Below the pieces are notes generated by a model, which worked only from the letters and a program-made list of their open reading frames with translations, was not told where the DNA came from and made no database searches. This document shows, one piece after another, positions 8,931 through 18,058 of a stretch of DNA of 64,000 nucleotides. The DNA comes from Vicinamibacterales bacterium. Lineage in GTDB: Bacteria; Acidobacteriota; Vicinamibacteria; Vicinamibacterales; JAMQPK01. The stretch lies in NCBI GenBank assembly GCA_963811435.1, contig CAWERD010000004.1, forward strand, positions 46,005-110,004, read 5' to 3'. How positions within the stretch are numbered: position 1 is the stretch's first letter; each line of letters starts with the position of its first letter. Position numbers and translations under genes: made by a program.

Positions 8931-11117
8931 TTACTGGGGCAACGCGAAGACGTACAGTGCCTGTCCGCTCTGCGGAATCTTGATATCGGGCACGATCGCC
9001 GCCGGCACGTTGCGCGGGCTGCCGCCGCCCAGCCCCGACATGACCGCGATGTACTGGCGGCCGTCGATGCTGAAGCTCACCGGGTAGCCCTGCGCCGACG
9101 TGCCCAGGCGCGTTTGCCACAGCACTTTTCCGCTCGTCGCATCGAGCGCACGCACATACCGATCGAGGTCGCCGATGAACACGAGGCCACCGGCGGTCGA
9201 AAGCGCGGCCGTCAGGAATGGCGCGCGCTGCTCGAACTTCCAGACCTCTTCCATGGTGCGGACGTTGTACGCCGCCAGCTTGCCGGTCTGCTCTTTGCTG
9301 TTCGGTGAGTGCTTGAAGAGACGATCGGCGCCCGAGCCACCGCCGCCTTCGGTCATCGTGACCGCCCGTGCGGTGAAATCCATGCACGACTGGCTCAGCG
9401 GCGCGATGATCAGCCCTCCGGGCTGGTAGTACGTCATCGCCTGCCAGTTCTTGCCACCGGCCGTGCTCGGGCAGATGAAGATTGGCTTGTCGAGCGCCAT
9501 CTCGAGGATGTCGGGTCGATAGCTCGGCACGCCGGTCTTCGGATCGATGCGATCCCAGACGTTCTGATACACCATTTCCTTGTGGGCGATGTACCGGCCC
9601 GTGCGCCGATCGATCTTCCACAACACGCCGGCCTTGCCTGCGCTGAACGACACTTTCTGATCGCCGATGTCGACCAGGATGCGCTCGAACACTTCGTCGA
9701 GATCGAACGACTCGGCGGGCGCGTGCTGGAAGTGCCACGCAAGCTTTCCGGTATCGGGGTTCAGTGCCACTGTGGAATTGGCGTAGAGCGTCTTGTCGAG
9801 CAGCGACAGCTTTCGGCTCAGGAAGTTCCACGGTTTTGCCTGCGAGACGCCCCAGTACGTGAGGTTCAAATCCGGATCGTAGCTGCCGGCAATCCACGTA
9901 TCGCCGCCGCCCCGGAACGACATCGGCAGGTTGCCCCAGGTCTCGCTGCCCGGCTCGCCCTGTCGCGGCACGGTGTAGAACCGCCACGCCTGTTTGCCGG
10001 TCTTCGTGTCGTACGCGCTGATGAAGCAGCCGACGCCATCGAAACGCGTGCAGCCCGTCAGCCCCTGCAGAACCTTGTCGCCGATCACGATCGCGCCGCT
10101 CGTATTGACCCGCGTCGTCTCGGGGGCTGCGGGCGTGGACCACAGAATCTCGCCGTTGCGGGCGCTGATCGCCACCATGTTCGCGTTGCTCGCCGGGAGG
10201 AAGATCTTGTCGTCGGCGATCGCAATGCTGCGGATGCCGCCATATCCGGGCGCCTGGTCCGGACCCGCACGCGTCTCCCAGATCAGACTCCCGGTTTTTC
10301 CGTCGAGTGCCTGCACGATGTTGCTGGGCGTCGCGAGATAGATGATGCCGTTGTGCACGATCGGCGTCGTCTGGTTCGCGCCCGAATCGTTCATCGCCCA
10401 CACCCACTGCAGCTGCAGGTTCTTCACGTTTGCGGGCGTAATCTGGTTCAGCGGGCTGTGGCTCTGGCCGTAATAGTTGCGTCGGAAAATCAGCCAGTCA
10501 CCCGGCGGCGGATTCTTGAGCATCTCGGGCGTCACCGGAACGTAGTTCCTCACCTCGCCCGGAACGGTTACGCCTTGGTTCGGTGCCCCCTCGCGACCGC
10601 GTGCGGCGGTGCCGGCGCCAACCACCATCGGCGCCGCAGCCGCGGCACCCCGCCCACCGCGACCGGCTCCCCGCCCGGAAGCTGGAGCCCCTCCCGGTCC
10701 AGTCAGCAGCGTGCTGATCTGGTTTTCGTTCCGCGGCGTCAACGGTTGCGCGCCCGCCGGAGCACCGTTGAGCTGCAGGAGAAACGCCGTCATGGCCAGC
10801 GTCCCTTCTTCGCCAAGTGCGCCAGGATTGGTCGGCGGCATCGATTGGACGAGATAGGTGTAAAGCTCGTTCGCCGCGCGCGGGCCCCACTTGGCCCGGA
10901 AGTCAGGGCCCTGCACGGCCGGTGCATCGGCCGACCCGCGGAAGTCCTGCCCGTGGCATCCCGCACACTGCTGCGCGTAAGACGCCTGACCGGCCTGCGC
11001 CTGTGCTGCTGTGAATATGCCGCCGGCCGCAGGCTGAGCCTGCTGACCGCTGATCGCGGCGATCGTAAGACCGATGAAGACAGCCGATCCGAGGAGGATA
11101 GCCCTGGTACGGTTCAT
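8931..11117 (-). CDS. PQQ-dependent quinohemoprotein dehydrogenase (N-terminal cytochrome c domain + 8-bladed propeller)
   Basis: 728 aa intact; signal peptide; CAGCHG haem-binding motif near the N-terminus; PQQ propeller repeats; paralogs at 24327-26326 and 60065-62287. Confidence 0.75.
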   Translation of the reverse strand: MNRTRAILLGSAVFIGLTIAAISGQQAQPAAGGIFTAAQAQAGQASYAQQCAGCHGQDFRGSADAPAVQGPDFRAKWGPRAANELYTYLVQSMPPTNPGALGEEGTLAMTAFLLQLNGAPAGAQPLTPRNENQISTLLTGPGGAPASGRGAGRGGRGAAAAAPMVVGAGTAARGREGAPNQGVTVPGEVRNYVPVTPEMLKNPPPGDWLIFRRNYYGQSHSPLNQITPANVKNLQLQWVWAMNDSGANQTTPIVHNGIIYLATPSNIVQALDGKTGSLIWETRAGPDQAPGYGGIRSIAIADDKIFLPASNANMVAISARNGEILWSTPAAPETTRVNTSGAIVIGDKVLQGLTGCTRFDGVGCFISAYDTKTGKQAWRFYTVPRQGEPGSETWGNLPMSFRGGGDTWIAGSYDPDLNLTYWGVSQAKPWNFLSRKLSLLDKTLYANSTVALNPDTGKLAWHFQHAPAESFDLDEVFERILVDIGDQKVSFSAGKAGVLWKIDRRTGRYIAHKEMVYQNVWDRIDPKTGVPSYRPDILEMALDKPIFICPSTAGGKNWQAMTYYQPGGLIIAPLSQSCMDFTARAVTMTEGGGGSGADRLFKHSPNSKEQTGKLAAYNVRTMEEVWKFEQRAPFLTAALSTAGGLVFIGDLDRYVRALDATSGKVLWQTRLGTSAQGYPVSFSIDGRQYIAVMSGLGGGSPRNVPAAIVPDIKIPQSGQALYVFALPQ

Positions 11118-11199
11118 AAGTAGCTCCTGATGGCGGATATGCTACAGCAAAGACCGGAGAGGCGTCGCGAAACTCGTGCGCGGCAGGAAGGGGTCCTTC

Positions 11200-11769
11200 T
11201 CATGCCCAGCGACGGATCTTTGGATGGTGTGGCTCCCACGCTTTCCAGACGCTCATAGCCCACTTGCGCACGCGCGAGTTGTGCTCGGCGTGATCCCTGG
11301 CGCCGTGGATATCGAGGATGGTCATCTCACCGAGCGACGGCGGCGGATCCAGCCAGACGAAGTCTCTCTTGTGCTGAACGGCGCGCTGAATGGTCTTGCG
11401 CGCCTCCGTCGGCGTCCGGCCGAGCTCGAAGACGATGTAGAGGCCGACCAGATGAACGGTCACCGACTGGATGGACTGCGCCGACGGCGTGCCGGGATGT
11501 TGAGCGGCATACGCATCGACCGTCAGCTGATGCACGGCACCGTAGCGCGGGTCGGTGTATTCGCGTGCGAGCACTTCGCCGTACAGCGCCCAGCAACCCG
11601 GTGAGGCGCCGATATACCGGTGTGCGGGCCCATCACCTTCGGCCACGCGCGCGCCACACCCGATGCACGGGATTTTCTTGGCCACCTCGATGGTTTGGTT
11701 GCGCCAAAGCCCGCTGAAATCGTGCGAGCGACGCGGAAAGCCGGACGTTATATCAAACACGCAGCGCAA
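11200..11769 (-). CDS. conserved hypothetical protein with CxxC pair
   Basis: 189 aa ORF (…PCIGCGARVAEGDGPAHRYIGASPGCWALYGEVLAREYTD…); no confident family assignment. Confidence 0.5.
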   Translation of the reverse strand: MRCVFDITSGFPRRSHDFSGLWRNQTIEVAKKIPCIGCGARVAEGDGPAHRYIGASPGCWALYGEVLAREYTDPRYGAVHQLTVDAYAAQHPGTPSAQSIQSVTVHLVGLYIVFELGRTPTEARKTIQRAVQHKRDFVWLDPPPSLGEMTILDIHGARDHAEHNSRVRKWAMSVWKAWEPHHPKIRRWA

Positions 11770-12478
11770 TCAACGAGCGCAATTCCGAAAGCGACCGCAC
11801 CACGTAATCGGGCCGGACGGTGGCGTGCTCGGGGACTCCCCGGCCGCGGATATCAATCCAGACACCCCCAATGCCCAGCTTCTGGGGCGCCCCGACGTCC
11901 CAGTCGAGGTTGTCGCCGACCATCCACGCCTCGGATGCGCTCGCATTGAGCGCGGAAAGCGCCCGATGATAGACCCGTTCATCGGGCTTGCCGAATCCCA
12001 GTTCCCCCTCGATCAGAATGACGTCGAACAGCTCGCCAAGCCCGAAGCGGACGATCTTTTTTCTCTGAGCCGGCCCGCCGCCGTTGGTCAAGAGTGCCAG
12101 CCGCCGACCAGACTCGCGAAGCCAACGCACGGTGTCGATCGCATCGGGCAGGGGTTCCATACCCACATCGCGCCGATGGCTGTATGCGTCGCCGATTGCG
12201 TCCGCGAGACGCGCGTCTTCGATGCCCAGCTCGACGAGCGCGAGCCGCACGACGTGGCGTCGTGCGGCGTTCAGCTCGAGACGTCCTGTGCGATGCCGCT
12301 CGGCATCACCCCAGTACCATCGTGAGCTGGTCTGAATCGCATCGGCGAGCATCGCCGCGTCGAGCGAGCCCAGCTGAGCCGCATGTTCTGCGCATGCGTC
12401 GCGCCAGCACTGATGCACCAGGCTGCTGTCGTCGAGAATCGTGTCGTCCAGATCCAGCAGAAGCGCTCGGGGATACAT
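11753..12478 (-). CDS. HAD family hydrolase (HAD-IA-like)
   Basis: N-terminal LLLDLDDTILDD (DxD nucleophile motif), LLTNGG motif II, C-terminal GDNLDWDVGAP motif. Confidence 0.8.
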   Translation of the reverse strand: MYPRALLLDLDDTILDDSSLVHQCWRDACAEHAAQLGSLDAAMLADAIQTSSRWYWGDAERHRTGRLELNAARRHVVRLALVELGIEDARLADAIGDAYSHRRDVGMEPLPDAIDTVRWLRESGRRLALLTNGGGPAQRKKIVRFGLGELFDVILIEGELGFGKPDERVYHRALSALNASASEAWMVGDNLDWDVGAPQKLGIGGVWIDIRGRGVPEHATVRPDYVVRSLSELRSLIALRV

Positions 12479-12538
12479 ACAAATAAAGGGGTCAGACCCC
12501 TTTCTTGACGAAAAAAGGGGTCTGACCCCTTATTTGAT
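12478..12538. repeat. REP-like palindromic element, second copy
   Basis: AAAGGGGTCAGACCCCTTTC ...loop... AAAAGGGGTCTGACCCCTT; about 19-bp inverted arms. Confidence 0.7.
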
Positions 12539-12976
12539 ACTAAACGGCACGTCGGCCGTCTGGCCGTCGACGCTGATGCGGAGCGTGTATCGGCCCGATG
12601 CCAGCGCGGCTTTGTCGGCGCGGGAAATCGTGTTGCCGAGTTGTGTCTGGCTGAAACCGCCGGGAACGGGCGTAAAGACATTGCAGGCGACCGCGCGAAG
12701 CGGCTGCGGCGAATCGCCTATCACGCTCGCAGAGGCCCGCTTCACGGTTCGCGGCTCGAGCTCGACCGCATAGGACAGCTCGGTGATGCCCCGCTCGAAC
12801 ACGGCGCCCGGCAACGGAAACACGATGACGCACGTCTCCTTGCCCGGGCCGTAGTACCGATGTGCCGTCCCGAACGCGACGCTCTTGACGCCTTTGGGCA
12901 ACGTCACACGCGGCTGCGCGTCTGCGAACGTCGTCAGCGAGAAGACGAGCATTAGGATCGCGCGAAACATGTCACC
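12530..12976 (-). CDS. small secreted hypothetical protein, translationally coupled to the upstream MFS gene
   Basis: Start MGDMFRAILMLVFSLTTFADA overlaps the MFS stop (ATGGGTGACATG). The annotated ORF is longer, but the upstream extension lies inside the MFS gene. Confidence 0.5.
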   Translation of the reverse strand, partial: GDMFRAILMLVFSLTTFADAQPRVTLPKGVKSVAFGTAHRYYGPGKETCVIVFPLPGAVFERGITELSYAVELEPRTVKRASASVIGDSPQPLRAVACNVFTPVPGGFSQTQLGNTISRADKAALASGRYTLRISVDGQTADVPFSIK

Positions 12977-14186
12977 CATGCTCGGCCTCCATGGCCATCG
13001 ACGCGGCATCGATGGTCGGCGCGGACGCGAACCGGCTCTGCGCTCCGAGCCGCACGTGCAGTGCATAGAAACTGGTCGCCGAGACGGCGCACACGAGAGC
13101 GCTGAGATACCAGAGGAGATTCGGACTGTAGTTGTCGAGCACCAACCCGGCCGCCAGCGGGCCGGCCGCCGCCGGCACGCTGATCGACAGTCCGAAGACC
13201 GCCATGTAACGCCCGCGCATGTCCGTCCGCGCGAAGCCCGCGGCCAGCGCCTGGCTCGTCGGCATGACGATCATCTCGCCTGCGGTGATGATGACCACCG
13301 CCAGCACGAACAGCCAGTACGCCGAGATGACGCCGAACATGCCAAACCCCACCAGATAGAACACGGTACCCAGCGCCATCATCAGGAACGGCGGCCGCGT
13401 CTTGATGACGCGCATCGTCCAGATTTGAAAGCCGATGACCGTGATGGCGCTCGACGTGAGGAGAAATCCGTAACCCTGCGGCTCGATGCCATGATTGTCG
13501 CGAAGGTACACAGAGAGCGAGTTGTACATCTGGATGTACACCATCCCCATCAACATCGCGGCGACGAGGAATGCGACATAAGCCTTGTCGCCGAGCACGA
13601 TGCGGTAATTGCGGAAGGTCTGGAGAAAGCCTGCCTCATCGTGATGTTCGTGCACCTCCGGCCTCGTTTCGGCCATAAACATATAGAACAGTACGGCCAC
13701 GACGCAGCTGATCGCGGCATCGATGACAAACAGCGCGAAGAACGAGGACCGCGCCACGAAGCCACCCACCGTAGGACCGACGAGCCACGCCATGTTGCCG
13801 ACCACGCGAAGAATGCCGAATCCCTCCTGTCGCTGGTGCTTCGGAAGGATGTCGGCGATCATGGCGGCATGGGCCGGCCCGCCCACTTCAGAGAACAATC
13901 CGACGAGAGCGGAAACCGGAAACAGCCACGCAAACCGGGTCACCGATCCCAGTGTGAGTGAGCTCAGCGCGCTCGCCACCAGCCCGAAAAGGATCAGCTT
14001 TCGGCGGCCGAGCCGATCCGTCAAGGCGCCGCCGATGACCGACCCTACCATGCCGGCCAGCGACAGCAGCCCCAGCAGGATGCCGGCCTCGGTCATCCCG
14101 ACCCCAAAGCTTCGAGTGATGTAGAGCGCGAAGAACGGGAAGAGGATCGTGCCGCCGATCTTGTCGATGAAATGCACGCCCACCAC
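12972..14186 (-). CDS. MFS transporter
   Basis: 404 aa; 12 predicted TM segments; MFS motif GxLxDRxGRRK (LTDRLGRRKL). Confidence 0.85.
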   Translation of the reverse strand: MVGVHFIDKIGGTILFPFFALYITRSFGVGMTEAGILLGLLSLAGMVGSVIGGALTDRLGRRKLILFGLVASALSSLTLGSVTRFAWLFPVSALVGLFSEVGGPAHAAMIADILPKHQRQEGFGILRVVGNMAWLVGPTVGGFVARSSFFALFVIDAAISCVVAVLFYMFMAETRPEVHEHHDEAGFLQTFRNYRIVLGDKAYVAFLVAAMLMGMVYIQMYNSLSVYLRDNHGIEPQGYGFLLTSSAITVIGFQIWTMRVIKTRPPFLMMALGTVFYLVGFGMFGVISAYWLFVLAVVIITAGEMIVMPTSQALAAGFARTDMRGRYMAVFGLSISVPAAAGPLAAGLVLDNYSPNLLWYLSALVCAVSATSFYALHVRLGAQSRFASAPTIDAASMAMEAEHG

Positions 14187-14259
14187 GATCCAGAATCTTT
14201 TGGGGAACTCGTGGTAGAGCGATTTTAGGGATACGGGCAGACGAGCCTCCCTGAAGTCG

Positions 14260-14769
14260 TCACGGACGGTCTACTCCGTAAACTAGCACGTCCCACTCCA
14301 ACAGCTTGTCCTTGCGCTCGAATTTTTCCCCGATGCGCTCGGCCACCTTCATCGACGGCGTGTTGTCGGGATGGATCAGGCTGATGACGTGCGGTTTGTC
14401 GAGCGTCTTGAACGCGTATTGCAGCGCGACCTTTGCGCCTTCCGTCGCATAGCCCTTTCCCCATACGTGCCGCGAAAGAGTCCAGCCTATCTCGAAGGCA
14501 GGCCAGCCTTCCGGGTTGAGGAACCCGATGCGTCCAATCATCCTTCCGGTCGCTTTTTCCTCAACGGCCCAGTGACTGTATCCCCTCAACTGCCAGTGGC
14601 CGATGAAGAACGCCATACTCCGCCACGCTTCGTGGCGCGTCATCGTCTTCCCCGGACCCAGATATCGCATCACGAGCGGATCGGCGCACATCTCGGCGTA
14701 CGCATCGATGTCGTTCTCCTGCCACATCCGCAGTCTGAGCCGCTCGGTGTCGAGCTCGTCGTACCTCAT
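14260..14769 (-). CDS. GNAT family N-acetyltransferase (RimJ/RimL-like)
   Basis: 169 aa; ...LRLRMWQENDIDAYAEM...RIGFLNPEGWPAFEIGW...; start overlaps the SGNH stop. Confidence 0.85.
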   Translation of the reverse strand: MRYDELDTERLRLRMWQENDIDAYAEMCADPLVMRYLGPGKTMTRHEAWRSMAFFIGHWQLRGYSHWAVEEKATGRMIGRIGFLNPEGWPAFEIGWTLSRHVWGKGYATEGAKVALQYAFKTLDKPHVISLIHPDNTPSMKVAERIGEKFERKDKLLEWDVLVYGVDRP

Positions 14770-15404
14770 AAGAGCTTCGCCACCGCCGAAACAATTTCGC
14801 GGCCCAGCTTCGCGTGCTGATCGGCGTCGAGGTGCACGCCGTCTTTGGGGCTGGTCGCAATCACGGCATCCGCGTCAAAAAACGCGCAATCCAGTTCCGC
14901 AGCGACAGCACGATACACGCTGCTCATGCCCTGCGCCTTGTCGGGCGCGTGCTCGAACTTCTCCGCCATCGTGCCTGTCGGAACATTGGGACGCGGAGGC
15001 GCGACGATGAGAATCGGCGGCACCGGCATGCCGGGCTCGATGGGTGCCCGGCGTATCGCGCGCACGATAGACGCAATGCCCTGCGACGAGTGCCAGGCGG
15101 TGTACTGATGGACCGACTGCAGATCGTTCGTGCCCAGCATCACGATGACCAGAGCCAGAGGCGAGTTGACCTCGATGCGCTGTTCGAGTCCGACGATGCC
15201 GTTACGGCCGGCTTTGAATGGATCATCCCAGACCGTTCTGCGGCCATTCAGGCAGTCCTCGATGATGCGGACAGGGAATCCGTTGCGAATCAGCTCAGCT
15301 TCGAGGATTCCGGGCCACCGCTCGACATGCGGGAGCCGCTGTCGTGTCCCGGGGATGATGCCCCACGTCAGCGAATCGCCATAGACGAGAACCTGCTTCA
15401 TCGT
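14766..15404 (-). CDS. SGNH/GDSL hydrolase (arylesterase-like)
   Basis: MKQVLVYGDSLTWG (GDSL block I), GTNDL block, DGVHLD block V; ATG overlaps the DUF853 stop (ATGA). Confidence 0.75.
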   Translation of the reverse strand, partial: TMKQVLVYGDSLTWGIIPGTRQRLPHVERWPGILEAELIRNGFPVRIIEDCLNGRRTVWDDPFKAGRNGIVGLEQRIEVNSPLALVIVMLGTNDLQSVHQYTAWHSSQGIASIVRAIRRAPIEPGMPVPPILIVAPPRPNVPTGTMAEKFEHAPDKAQGMSSVYRAVAAELDCAFFDADAVIATSPKDGVHLDADQHAKLGREIVSAVAKLL

Positions 15405-16973
15405 GACTGTCGTCCGCCGAGAATGCCTCCAAGCAAACCGCGTAGAATCTGTCGTCCGAGCTGGCTGCCCACAGTCCGCGCCGTCTGCTTTGCCATCGTC
15501 TCGACCATGCCCTGGCGGCGTTTGGTGCCCCAGAGGAAATCGCTTATCGGTGACCCACCCGCGTTCGCACCTGTCGCACCTCCCGCACCCGTCGCACCTC
15601 CCGCACCCGTCGCACCCCCCCGCACCCCCCGCACCGTCCCCCGCACCCGTCGCACCCGTCGCACTCGTCGCACCCCCCGCACCCGTCGCACCCCCCGCAC
15701 CTTTGGTGGCCGCTTTCAACATCTCATACGCCGACTCGCGATTGACGGCCTTGTCGTACTTCGGTCCGATGGGACTGCGCGCGCGCACGCTCGCACGCTC
15801 CTCGGCGGTAATCGCCCCGATGCGGCTTCGCGGCGGGGCCATGAGCGTGCGCTGCACCGGCATCGGCACACCGTTCTCCTGAAGCGTCGACACGAGCGCC
15901 TCGCCAACCGCCAGCGTGGAAATCACCTCAGCGACGTTGAGCTTCGGATTCGCGACGAACGTTTCCGCGGCGGTGCGCACGGCTTTCTGATCGCGCGGCG
16001 TAAAGGCCCGCAGCGCGTGCTGGATGCGGTTGCCGAGCTGTCCCAGGATCTCATCGGGCACATCGTCTGGAAATTGCGAGCAGAAATACACCCCGACGCC
16101 TTTCGACCGGATGATTCGCACCACCTGCTCGACGCGATCGCGCAGCGCTTCTGGCGCATCATCGAAGAGCAGATGCGCCTCGTCGAACATGAACACCAGC
16201 TTGGGCTGATCGAGATCGCCCACCTCTGGAAGGTTCTCGAACAGCTCGGATAGGAGCCACAGCAGAAAGCTCGAAAACAGGCGCGGCTTGAGAATCAGCT
16301 GATCGGCAGCCAGCACGTTGATGATGCCGCGACCGTTCAGGTCTGTCCGAAACAGATCGACGAGCTCGAGAGCCGGCTCGCCGAACAGTGACTTGCCACC
16401 CTCACGCTCGATCGAGAGCAGCGAACGCTGAATGGCCGCCACCGACTGCGTGCTCACGAGCCCGTAGCTTGCGGAAATCTCTTTCTTGTTTTCGGCGACG
16501 AACGTCAGCAGCGCCCGCAAGTCGTCGAGATCGAGCAGCAGCAGGCCGCGATCATCTGCCAGCTTGAAAGCAATTTCGAGGGCACCCACCTGCGGCGGGC
16601 TGAGCTCCAGGATTCGGCCGAGCAGCGTCGGACCCATCTCGCTCACGGTGGTCCGCACGGGATGGCCCGATACACCGTAGAGATCCCAGAACACGACCGG
16701 GTTCGCTTCGGGAGTGTAGCCGTCGATGCCAATCTGCGTGACGCGCTGCTGGATCTTGTCGCCGCCTTTCCCGGGCATGGCGAGGCCCGCCACGTCTCCC
16801 TTGACGTCGGCCAGAAACACGGGCACACCGAGCCGCGAAAAACCTTCGGCCAGCACCATCAGCGAGACGGTCTTGCCGGTCCCGGTGGCGCCGGCCACGA
16901 GGCCGTGCCGGTTGCCGTACTTTGCCTGGAGATAGACGGGGTCGTCGCCCTTACCGAGCAGGATGCCAGCCAT
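15398..16973 (-). CDS. DUF853/YjgR-type HerA-like AAA ATPase; a frame change inside its C-terminal Gly/Ala/Thr-coding repeat
   Basis: Walker A GATGTGKT; the canonical family C-terminus ...SQLGRQILRGLLGGILGGRQSR is in the alternative frame 15398-15700; the main ORF otherwise reads through into the SGNH gene. Confidence 0.75.
15565..15700. repeat. Tandem 9/18-bp repeat (GCACCCGTC GCACCTCCC)n coding a GAGGAT-rich low-complexity tail
   Basis: Direct reading; encodes GATGAGGATGAGGATGA on the minus strand. Confidence 0.7.
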
Positions 16974-17008
16974 ATAAGACGGCTAGCTTACGACAGAATG
17001 GCGGCAGA

Positions 17009-18058
17009 CTACCGGTTCAGGTACGCGTCGAGCTCCGAACGCCTGATGCGGTAAGTCGAGCCGATTTTCTTGGCGATGAGCTCGCCCGATTCAATGATCG
17101 CGATGACGTCGGGCTCGTCGACGCCGAGACGGCGAGCGACCTCGGCCGTCGTCAGCAACTCCGGCGCGGTGAACGCGCCCTGGGCCTGAATGATCTGCTG
17201 CGCCATCGACAGGCCAACGGCGAGCTCGGTTGCCGTGCCCGCAGCGCTGCCGCCCTGTTCCATGCCCTGCGCCATCTGGAACTTCACGTACTCATTCAGG
17301 TTGCCGACGGCCGCCATGCTCGAGCGTTTGTCGATGGCCTGCTCGACTTCGGCCGGCACCGACACGTTTTCGACGATGAAGCTGGAGAGGTGCAGACCGT
17401 ACTTCGCCCCGATGACGGGATTGATGACCGGCAACAGCGCCTCGCCGATCTCACGATAGCGGCTCGCAATCTGCAGCACCGGAATTCTGGCGGCCGCAAC
17501 CGCGTCGCTGAACGCGCTCACGAGCCGCGAGCGCATGACGTCGATGAACTCGCCGACGCTGAAGTCGTGATCCGATCCGGCAACCTCGCGGAGAAATGTC
17601 CTGGGATCGACAATCTTGAAATCGTAGGTACCGAATGCCCTGACGCGCACTACCCCCAGGTCGTCGTCCGGCATCATCACCGGATTGGTGGTCCCCCACT
17701 TGTTGCCGGTGAAGAGCCGGGTGTTGAGAAAGTACACGTCGGCCTTGAAGGGAGATTCGAGGCCGTACTTCCACGACCGGAGCCGCGTGAGCACGGGAAT
17801 GTTGTCGGTGGTCAGCGTGTGTTTGCCCGGCTTGAACGTGTCGCCGAACTCGCCGAGATAGACAAACTGCACACACTGCGATTCGCGCACGATGAGCTGC
17901 GCGCCGTTCTTGATGGCTTTGTCCGCGTCAGGGAACCGGTGCGTCAAGGTGTCTCTCGTGTCGTCCGTCCACTCGATCACCTCGATGAACTCGCCCTTGA
18001 TGAAATCGATCAAACCCATGCCAATTGTTATCGGACGAAGCTGTAGACGCCGATACAC
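17009..18058 (-). CDS. SPFH/band-7 domain protein with C-terminal helix-turn-helix DNA-binding domain
   Basis: 349 aa; SPFH core, then C-terminal ...LTTAEVARRLGVDEPDVIAIIESGELIAKKIGSTYRIRRSELDAYL (excisionase/MerR-like HTH). Confidence 0.75.
   Translation of the reverse strand: MYRRLQLRPITIGMGLIDFIKGEFIEVIEWTDDTRDTLTHRFPDADKAIKNGAQLIVRESQCVQFVYLGEFGDTFKPGKHTLTTDNIPVLTRLRSWKYGLESPFKADVYFLNTRLFTGNKWGTTNPVMMPDDDLGVVRVRAFGTYDFKIVDPRTFLREVAGSDHDFSVGEFIDVMRSRLVSAFSDAVAAARIPVLQIASRYREIGEALLPVINPVIGAKYGLHLSSFIVENVSVPAEVEQAIDKRSSMAAVGNLNEYVKFQMAQGMEQGGSAAGTATELAVGLSMAQQIIQAQGAFTAPELLTTAEVARRLGVDEPDVIAIIESGELIAKKIGSTYRIRRSELDAYLNR

Noticed and set aside
15565-15700. Possible CRISPR array, from the regularly spaced short repeats here and at 137-268
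   Set aside because: The units are 7-18 bp and contiguous, with no unique spacers. They are coding or microsatellite repeats and there are no cas genes. Not CRISPR.
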